NCBI GenBank assembly: GCA_946998225.1
Contig: CAMPYH010000001.1
Location: forward strand, 162,428-226,427
Length of the DNA: 64,000 nt
Reading direction: 5' to 3'
Origin: an uncultured Clostridiaceae bacterium
Lineage (GTDB): Bacteria > Bacillota > Clostridia > TANB77 > CAG-508
The notes below the pieces were generated by a model that had not been told where the DNA came from, ran no database searches, and saw only the letters and a program-made list of their open reading frames with translations. The position numbers were made by a program, and so were the translations under genes. Numbering within the stretch: the first letter of the stretch is position 1; the number at the start of each line of letters is the position of its first letter. Shown here piece by piece: positions 57,287 to 64,000 of the stretch.

Positions 57287-60088
57287 GTGGGAAGAAAAAG
57301 AAGAAGAACTAAAAAAAGTGAAAACAAACACAGAATAAATGATGAACTAAAATTTGTATTTGGGCTAATTTTAGGTATATTTTTTTCTGTAATAATATTT
57401 GGAAAATCAGGGGCTTTAACAAAGACCCTTTCTCCAATTTTAAGCGGTATATTTGGCCCTATTAAATATATACTTCCAATTGGAATATTTTATCTTACAA
57501 TTTATGATGTAGCAAAAAAAGAAGAAATAAGTAATAGAGTTAAAATGTTTATTATTCTTTTAGCAATAATATGCTCTCTTTTAAGTATATCTGCTATATC
57601 TAAACACAATATTAATATAAATGTGGATACAAAAATACTTTTACAAGAGTGCTTTGAACTTGGAAAAAATGGTGTTGGTGGAGGTGCTACTGGAGCAATA
57701 ATTGCAATACCAGCAATTAAATTACTAGGTATCACTGGTGCTACCATATTATTAATTTTTACATCATTGTTTTTAAGCTTTTTAGTTTTAGGAAAGTCTG
57801 TAATAGATTATTACAAAGATATAAATGCAAATCTTGAAGAAAGAAAGCAAAACAGAACATTAAGAAAAGCAGAAGCAAGAGCTAAGAGATATGAAAGAAT
57901 AAAAGAAAATGAAGATGAAATCCAAAAGATAAAAAGCGATAAAGATGAAACTATTGATGAAGAGAGAAAAGGATTATTTGGATTATTTGCAAAATCTGTA
58001 AAGGCTGAAGGTGAAGATGATACACAAGAAGCTGAAGAAGAAAAAGAACTTAATATAAGTCTTCCAAATGAAAGTGAAAGTTATACAAAAACTCTTGATG
58101 AAAACGAAATAAGACCAGCTGTAGTAAAAAGAGTTTTACCAAAGATTGAAAATAATCAAGAAGAAACAAAAAGTACAATACAATATGTAGATTTAGATGT
58201 TGAATATAAATTCCCTAGCTTAGATATTTTGGATCAACCAAAAAGTACATCTAAGACAAGTAAGTCACAAATAGAAAAAACAGCGCTTGGTCTTCAAAAA
58301 ACATTATTAAGTTTTGGAGTTTCAGCAAAGGTACAAAATGTTACAGTAGGACCAGCTGTTACAAGATATGAATTAAAACCAGCAGTTGGAGTAAAAGTAA
58401 ATAAAATAAAAAATCTAGCAGATGATATAGCTTTAAGCTTAGCAGCACCTACAATAAGAATAGAGGCACCAATACCTGGAAAAAGAGCAGTAGGAATAGA
58501 AGTTCCGAATGAAAAGCAAGCAAGTGTATGTTTTAGAGAAGTTATAGATACTCCAGAATTTATTGAAAATAAATCACCTTTAGCATTTGCGCTTGGAAGA
58601 GGAATTGATGGTAAACCAGTAATTGCAGATCTAGACAAGATGAGACATTTACTTATAGCTGGTGCCACAGGATCTGGTAAATCTGTTTGTATTAATACAA
58701 TAATAAACAGTATTATTTACCATGCATCACCACATGAAGTTAAATTAATCATGGTTGATCCAAAGGTAGTAGAACTTTCAAATTACAATAATATACCACA
58801 TCTATCTCAAGCTGTTGTAAATGATCCAGAACAAGCAGCGTCTGTACTTAAATGGGCAGTAGAGCAAATGACAGATAGATATGGAGAATTTGCAAATTAT
58901 AAAGCAAAAGATATAGATTCATATAATAAAAAAATGGAAAAAACTAGTCCTGAAAAGCAAATACCAAGACTAGTTATACTAGTAGATGAACTTGCAGATT
59001 TAATGATGACATCAGGAAAAGAAGTTGAAGATGCAATTTGTAGAATAGCTCAAATGGGAAGAGCTGCAGGTATTCATTTAATTATAGCAACACAAAGACC
59101 ATCAACAGATGTAATTACAGGATTAATTAAAGCAAATATTCCTTCAAGAATTGCTTTTGCTGTAACATCTGGAATGGATTCAAGAATAATTTTGGATATG
59201 CAAGGTGCAGAAAAACTTTTAGGTAAAGGAGATATGCTTTACTATCCAATGGGCGCAACACAACCATATAGAGTGCAAGGTGCATATATTAGTGATACAG
59301 AAATTGCAAAAATATTAGAAGCTGTTTCAACAGATAAAGTACCTGAATCAAGAAAACTTATAGAAGAAAACTTTAAAAAGATGAATCAACCAGAAGAAAA
59401 AGAAGAAATTGATTCTGTAGATGAAGATGAATATCTTTTTGAAGCAATCGATACAATACTTACATACAAACAAGCGTCAAAAACTTTCTTAAGAAGAAAA
59501 TTTAGTATGGGAGATTTAAGAGCAGGAAGATTAATAGACCGAATTGAAGAACTTGGAATAATTGGACCACAAATTAGCACAAAACCAAGAGAAATACTTG
59601 TTACACCAAGTCAATGGGATAGAATGAAAGTTGAGTATTGGCCAGATTTATTTGTTTTAGAAGGTCAAGAAGATAGTCATAATGTAGAAGTACCTGAGGT
59701 ACAAGATACAAAACAAATAGATTATGAAAAAGAATTTAGTAAACCACAAGAAGTATATTATGAAAATGGCGAAGAAAAAATTGTAAGAGAAATAAATAAA
59801 TACCAAAAAACAGATGAAGCAACTAATATGCTTTTAAATCAAGCAAATACTCAAAAATCTACAGAAGTAAATGAAGTGGATCCACTTTTGAAAGTAGCAG
59901 TAGACACAATTATGGGTAAAAACGAACCTACATCAGAAGCAATTGTTGAATATTTAGAAATAAATCCTTCAAGAGCAGATAAATTAATAAAGCAAATGGA
60001 AGATGTTGGAATAATTGTAAAAGATCAAGGAGTAAATGTTTTAAATTTAACTCCAAATGAGTGGAATATTATGAAAGAGAATTTTTAG
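57287..60088 (+). CDS. ftsK: DNA translocase FtsK/SpoIIIE
   Basis: GTG start after AAGGAG. N-terminal 4-5 TM, linker, motor domain (Walker A LLIAGATGSGKS, Walker B LVILVDELADL), then winged-helix gamma-like C-terminal domains. Confidence 0.9.
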   Translation: MGRKRRRTKKSENKHRINDELKFVFGLILGIFFSVIIFGKSGALTKTLSPILSGIFGPIKYILPIGIFYLTIYDVAKKEEISNRVKMFIILLAIICSLLSISAISKHNININVDTKILLQECFELGKNGVGGGATGAIIAIPAIKLLGITGATILLIFTSLFLSFLVLGKSVIDYYKDINANLEERKQNRTLRKAEARAKRYERIKENEDEIQKIKSDKDETIDEERKGLFGLFAKSVKAEGEDDTQEAEEEKELNISLPNESESYTKTLDENEIRPAVVKRVLPKIENNQEETKSTIQYVDLDVEYKFPSLDILDQPKSTSKTSKSQIEKTALGLQKTLLSFGVSAKVQNVTVGPAVTRYELKPAVGVKVNKIKNLADDIALSLAAPTIRIEAPIPGKRAVGIEVPNEKQASVCFREVIDTPEFIENKSPLAFALGRGIDGKPVIADLDKMRHLLIAGATGSGKSVCINTIINSIIYHASPHEVKLIMVDPKVVELSNYNNIPHLSQAVVNDPEQAASVLKWAVEQMTDRYGEFANYKAKDIDSYNKKMEKTSPEKQIPRLVILVDELADLMMTSGKEVEDAICRIAQMGRAAGIHLIIATQRPSTDVITGLIKANIPSRIAFAVTSGMDSRIILDMQGAEKLLGKGDMLYYPMGATQPYRVQGAYISDTEIAKILEAVSTDKVPESRKLIEENFKKMNQPEEKEEIDSVDEDEYLFEAIDTILTYKQASKTFLRRKFSMGDLRAGRLIDRIEELGIIGPQISTKPREILVTPSQWDRMKVEYWPDLFVLEGQEDSHNVEVPEVQDTKQIDYEKEFSKPQEVYYENGEEKIVREINKYQKTDEATNMLLNQANTQKSTEVNEVDPLLKVAVDTIMGKNEPTSEAIVEYLEINPSRADKLIKQMEDVGIIVKDQGVNVLNLTPNEWNIMKENF

Positions 60089-60099
60089 GGAATATATTT

Positions 60100-60945
60100 A
60101 TGCAAATATTTTTAACAGATGAAGATGAAATTAAAAAAGAAGATGTAAATCAAGAAAAATATATTATTGAAATACAAAATAAAGAAACTTATCACCATTT
60201 AGTGAATGTATTGAGGATAAAAAAAGAAGATAATATTTCAGTAATAACAAAAGAAAAAAAGAGAATAAACGGTAAAATATATTCAGTAAAAAAAGAATCA
60301 ATAAATATAATTGGAGAAGAAGCAAAAGGAAAAACTGATGAAGATGATTTAATAAAATTTAAGTATATACTTCTTCAAGGAATACCTAAAGCTAAGAAAT
60401 TAGAACTTGTTTGTGAAAAAACAACTGAAATAGGAATAGATAAAATAATTCCTTTAGAAATGACAAGATCAATTGTAAGAAAAAAAGATTTAAAAGAAAA
60501 TAAGATTGAAAGATTAAATAGTATATTAAAAAGTGCAGCGGAACAATCTAAAAGAAAAGATATTCCAGTTTTAGAAAAACCAAAAACAGTTGATGAAATT
60601 ATAGATCTCTTAGATAAAGAGTTAGAAAAAGACATAATTATTGAAAAACACATACTAATATTTTATGAAAATGAAGATAAAAATAGTTTAAAAAATGTTT
60701 TAAAAAATATAAGTAATAAAAAAGAAAATATAATTAAAAGCAAAAATCAAAATCCAAGCAAAAACATAGAAATGCAAATATATATTTTAATTGGTCCAGA
60801 AGGTGGAATAACTGAAGAGGAATTAGAAAAAATTAAGAGATTAAAAAACGTTGAAGTAGTATCTTTAGGCGAAAATATATTAAGAACAGAAACTGCTCCA
60901 ATTTCAGCTTTAAGTATAATTAAGTATGAATTAGAAAATAATTAA
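60100..60945 (+). CDS. rsmE: 16S rRNA (uracil1498-N3)-methyltransferase RsmE
   Basis: MQIFLTDED... PUA-like N-terminus, then ILLQGIPKAKKLELVCEKTTEIGIDKIIPL (RsmE SPOUT core). The start is chosen at ATG 60100 (AGGGA upstream); the ORF is open from 60061, overlapping ftsK. Confidence 0.8.
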   Translation: MQIFLTDEDEIKKEDVNQEKYIIEIQNKETYHHLVNVLRIKKEDNISVITKEKKRINGKIYSVKKESINIIGEEAKGKTDEDDLIKFKYILLQGIPKAKKLELVCEKTTEIGIDKIIPLEMTRSIVRKKDLKENKIERLNSILKSAAEQSKRKDIPVLEKPKTVDEIIDLLDKELEKDIIIEKHILIFYENEDKNSLKNVLKNISNKKENIIKSKNQNPSKNIEMQIYILIGPEGGITEEELEKIKRLKNVEVVSLGENILRTETAPISALSIIKYELENN

Positions 60946-61120
60946 GAATAATTAAAAAATAAAAAATGAAAAATAAAAATATAAAAATAAAAATATAAAC
61001 TTCTTGTGTTAAACAAGGAGTTTTATATTTCAATAATCAATAATATTTAAGAAAAATTTAAAAAAACAAGATTTTTCTTTTTTTTATATATAAAATATAT
61101 AAAAAGTATAATGAGGGGAA

Positions 61121-62869
61121 ATGTTTAGATTTTTTAAAGATGAAGAAGCAAAAAAACTTGAATCAGTTTTAAAAACAAAGAATTTTGATGAAACTGGGGC
61201 AAATATTATTTCTTCTTGGATGTATAAACTAAGAGGAAATTACAAAGATTACAAAAAAATTGTTGTGCTTGTTCCAGATAAAACAGAATATATTTTAAAT
61301 GAGATTGAAGTTTTAAATAAATATGTGAATAATATTTCTTTTTTAAATAATCCGAATGAAATGGAATATTTTGAAAAAGAAAAAGCTTTACTATGCTTTT
61401 TTAAAAATGAAAAATCTTTTCATTTAGCATTAGGCAAAGCACACAATTTAAAAATAGAAATAAAAGATGATATTTTAAAAGATTTTACAAATGAAATAAA
61501 TAATATATTTATATTAGGAAACAAAGAATTACGATTTGAAATTTTTAATAATTTTAATTCATTTGCATGGCATAATGAGCTAAAAAGAGATAATCTAGAA
61601 TATTTAATATTATATATTATGTTATGGCTTTTAGGACCAAAATATATGTATTCAAAGATTAATAGTGAATATATTGTGTTTGAAGAATTAAGTAATAGAT
61701 TTAAAGAAATATATGGACTTGAATCATATCTAAATATGTATATTAATTTTACTAAAATATTAATGATATACAAAAAAATGAGTGAATATAATTTAAAACT
61801 TTGGAACGAAAGGAATAAAAACAATAAAAGTCGTGAAAGTCTTAATAATATAGAAATAAAAGAAGAAGATTTAAATAATGAATTGAATAATATATTAGAA
61901 AAGATTAGAAGTGAAAAAGATATTTTAGAAAAAATACCACAAGACTTTGAAAAAAGACAAAAAAATATTGTTGAACTAACTAAAAAGATAAATGACTTAG
62001 ATTTTGTATTAAAAGATAAAAAAGTTTTAGAAGAAGTTTTTAAAAAATATTTAGAAAAAAGTAAAGAAAAAATTAATATAGAAAAATATAAAATAAAATT
62101 AATCGAAAATAGAGGAGAACTAGAAAGAAAATTAATTTTAAATAAAACATATGTGAAAAACGAAGTAGATTTTAGAATTCAAGAATTAGAAATTTTAGAA
62201 AAAAATTTAATTGAAGTTATTAATACAAATATATCTGATTATATATTAGACTATGAAGAAAAATACTTAAAATATGAAGAAAAAGTATCTGAATATAAAT
62301 TAGCAAATCAAATATTAGAAATAGATAAAGATAAAAATATAAATGTGAAAAAAGCTTTACCGCATATTTTCATTGATGAAAATATAAAAAGAAAAATATT
62401 AAAAGACAGTGTACTTGAATTTTTAGAAACTGCATTATATATAAAGAAAAATTTCATTGAAACACTTAATGAATATAATTATATGTTTTTTGAAATGCAA
62501 ATAGAAAGATATTTAATGCAATTTAAGGTAGATATAGACGAAAAAGGAAATTTTGAATATATAAAAGATACAATGTGTTTTAATTTAATTTATGCATTTA
62601 TACATATTATTTTATCTAAAATGCAAGCAATAAATAAAATAACAAGAATTACAGCAAATGATGAATTAAACAGAGCTATAATTATTGAAGTTTTAAAAAC
62701 ACAAATAATAGATTTAGAAGATATTAAAGTTGATGTAAATAAAATTTTAGGGAAAATGACGATTAACTTTTATGATAAAGATATTTGGCAAGCTGAAACT
62801 GGAATAAGCTTAAAAAACGATATACCAATCTTAATAAAAGAAGGTGTTAAATATAAGCTATTTAAATAG
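61121..62869 (+). CDS. Hypothetical K/E/N-rich protein (582 aa)
   Basis: Long ORF with RBS GAGGGGAAATG and no recognisable motif; largely helical. Confidence 0.5.
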   Translation: MFRFFKDEEAKKLESVLKTKNFDETGANIISSWMYKLRGNYKDYKKIVVLVPDKTEYILNEIEVLNKYVNNISFLNNPNEMEYFEKEKALLCFFKNEKSFHLALGKAHNLKIEIKDDILKDFTNEINNIFILGNKELRFEIFNNFNSFAWHNELKRDNLEYLILYIMLWLLGPKYMYSKINSEYIVFEELSNRFKEIYGLESYLNMYINFTKILMIYKKMSEYNLKLWNERNKNNKSRESLNNIEIKEEDLNNELNNILEKIRSEKDILEKIPQDFEKRQKNIVELTKKINDLDFVLKDKKVLEEVFKKYLEKSKEKINIEKYKIKLIENRGELERKLILNKTYVKNEVDFRIQELEILEKNLIEVINTNISDYILDYEEKYLKYEEKVSEYKLANQILEIDKDKNINVKKALPHIFIDENIKRKILKDSVLEFLETALYIKKNFIETLNEYNYMFFEMQIERYLMQFKVDIDEKGNFEYIKDTMCFNLIYAFIHIILSKMQAINKITRITANDELNRAIIIEVLKTQIIDLEDIKVDVNKILGKMTINFYDKDIWQAETGISLKNDIPILIKEGVKYKLFK

Positions 62870-62930
62870 CAAGTGAATGAATAATTGTTTTGCATATGAT
62901 ATAATTTTTAAAACAAAACTGGGAGAAATT

Positions 62931-64000
62931 ATGAATATAACATTTTTAGGTGCTGCAAGAGAGGTAACAGGTTCAAACTTTTTATTAGAAACAGAAAATA
63001 ATAAAAAAATACTTGTAGATTGTGGCCTAATTCAAGGTAAAAAAGCAGAAGAAGAAAAAAATAAAGACCCATTTTTATATGATCCAAAAGAAATAGATTA
63101 TGTGCTTTTAACACATGCACATATAGATCATTCAGGAAGAATTCCAAAACTATACAATGAAGGGTTTAGAGGTAAAGTATATTGTACAAAAGCTACAAAA
63201 GAACTTTGTGAAATAATGCTTCCTGATTCAGGACATATTCAAGAAACTGAAACAGAATGGATGAACAGAAAAAGAGGAAGACAAAATAAAAAACTAATAG
63301 AACCATTATATACAAAAGAAGATGCAGAAAAATGTTTAGAAGTTTTTGAAGAAGTTGAATATAATAAAATTTTCGAGATAGATGAAGGAGTTTCTGTAAG
63401 ATTTAATGATGCAGGCCACATGCTAGGTTCTGCAATTATTGAATTGTGGGTTACAGAACATGGTATTACAAACAAAACAGTATTTACAGGAGATTTAGGT
63501 ACTGGAGATAATGCGCTTTTAGATGATCCAAGTATTATAAAAAGAGCAGATTATTTAGTAATGGAATCTACATATGGAAACAGGCTTCATCCACAAACAG
63601 AAAATAGAGGAAAGAAATTTTTAGATATAGTATCAAAAACTTTAAAAAGAGGTGGAACAGTAGTTATACCGTCTTTTGCCGTAGGAAGAACTCAAGAAAT
63701 TGTTTTTGAATTAGACAGACTTAAAGAACAATATAAAGATGATTTAGAATTTCAAGAAGAATTTAAAGAAGTAATGAAAGCAAAAGTATATATAGATAGT
63801 CCACTTGCTACATTTGCAACAGAAGTATTTAAAAATAATCTAGATTTATTTGATGATGAAATACAAAAGCAAATTGAAAAAGGAGACAATCCATTAGATT
63901 TTCCAGGATTGCAATTTACACAAAGTGTTGAAGATTCAAAAGCTTTAAATGAAAATAAAGAACCTAAGATAATTATATCTGCATCAGGAATGTGTGATGC
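62931..64000 (+). CDS. MBL-fold beta-CASP metallo-hydrolase (CPSF/Ysh1-like ribonuclease family), 3'-truncated by the window end
   Basis: MNITFLGAAREVTGS; metallo-beta-lactamase motif LLTHAHIDHSG; beta-CASP motifs (PSFAVGRTQE). No stop codon before 64000. Confidence 0.75.
   Translation, partial: MNITFLGAAREVTGSNFLLETENNKKILVDCGLIQGKKAEEEKNKDPFLYDPKEIDYVLLTHAHIDHSGRIPKLYNEGFRGKVYCTKATKELCEIMLPDSGHIQETETEWMNRKRGRQNKKLIEPLYTKEDAEKCLEVFEEVEYNKIFEIDEGVSVRFNDAGHMLGSAIIELWVTEHGITNKTVFTGDLGTGDNALLDDPSIIKRADYLVMESTYGNRLHPQTENRGKKFLDIVSKTLKRGGTVVIPSFAVGRTQEIVFELDRLKEQYKDDLEFQEEFKEVMKAKVYIDSPLATFATEVFKNNLDLFDDEIQKQIEKGDNPLDFPGLQFTQSVEDSKALNENKEPKIIISASGMCD

Overview
This is a very AT-rich (~27% GC) bacterial chromosome segment. 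The gene content (acpS, yqgF/ruvX, ireB/DUF965, DUF1292, rbgA/ylqF, Mini-III, long-form HPF, RNase Y, RicT/YaaT and a YhaO/YhaN-type SbcEF pair) points to a low-GC Firmicutes, Clostridia/Tissierellia-like; this is inference from gene content only. Most of the window is core housekeeping. 8440-14968 carries prfA, pcrA, an ABC-F ATPase and ricT. 19128-27705 is a repair-flavoured operon of xth, an AI-2E permease, a DUF368 protein, a VirD4/TraG-like coupling ATPase, sbcD and an SMC-like sbcC. 29087-33682 carries ruvA, a cyclophilin, rarA and murD. 40761-43762 carries rny and trxB. 48882-60945 is a ribosome-biogenesis and division block: ireB, ruvX, DUF1292, rbgA, Mini-III, hpf, a Cof HAD hydrolase, a NT5C-like nucleotidase, a Nudix hydrolase, rsmD, ftsK and rsmE. 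There are nine tRNA genes, eight on the minus strand, each with a near-consensus sigma-A promoter: Trp, Leu(UAA), Cys-Gly, Arg(ACG) and Thr-Glu-Lys. I found no CRISPR array, IS element, transposase, integrase or recognisable defence gene. The most interesting material is listed below.
- A translationally coupled four-gene operon at 43844-48865 encodes a pseudo-receiver + degenerate MinD/ParA (CpaE/TadZ-like) protein with a long N/Q-rich prion-like tail. It sits next to a membrane protein and a membrane-anchored degenerate GGDEF protein, with no Tad/pilus genes nearby.
- A lone VirD4/TraG-type coupling ATPase is embedded in an xth…sbcDC operon.
- A noncoding/small-ORF island lies around tRNA-Arg at 37440-40200. 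Its features are a 23-bp direct repeat that includes the tRNA 3' end, a second 26-bp repeat paired with terminators, two promoter-plus-terminator sRNA candidates, and a family of small acidic proteins.
- A C39-like peptidase gene is split by an in-frame TAA and an upstream frameshift.
- A single 1009-aa ORF fuses a UDP-sugar pyrophosphorylase to a phosphohexomutase.
- A minus-strand operon at 2185-8312 couples uncharacterised membrane and WG-repeat proteins to acpS and tatD.
- A 1204-aa surface protein combines a papain-like C1 domain with Listeria-Bacteroides repeats.
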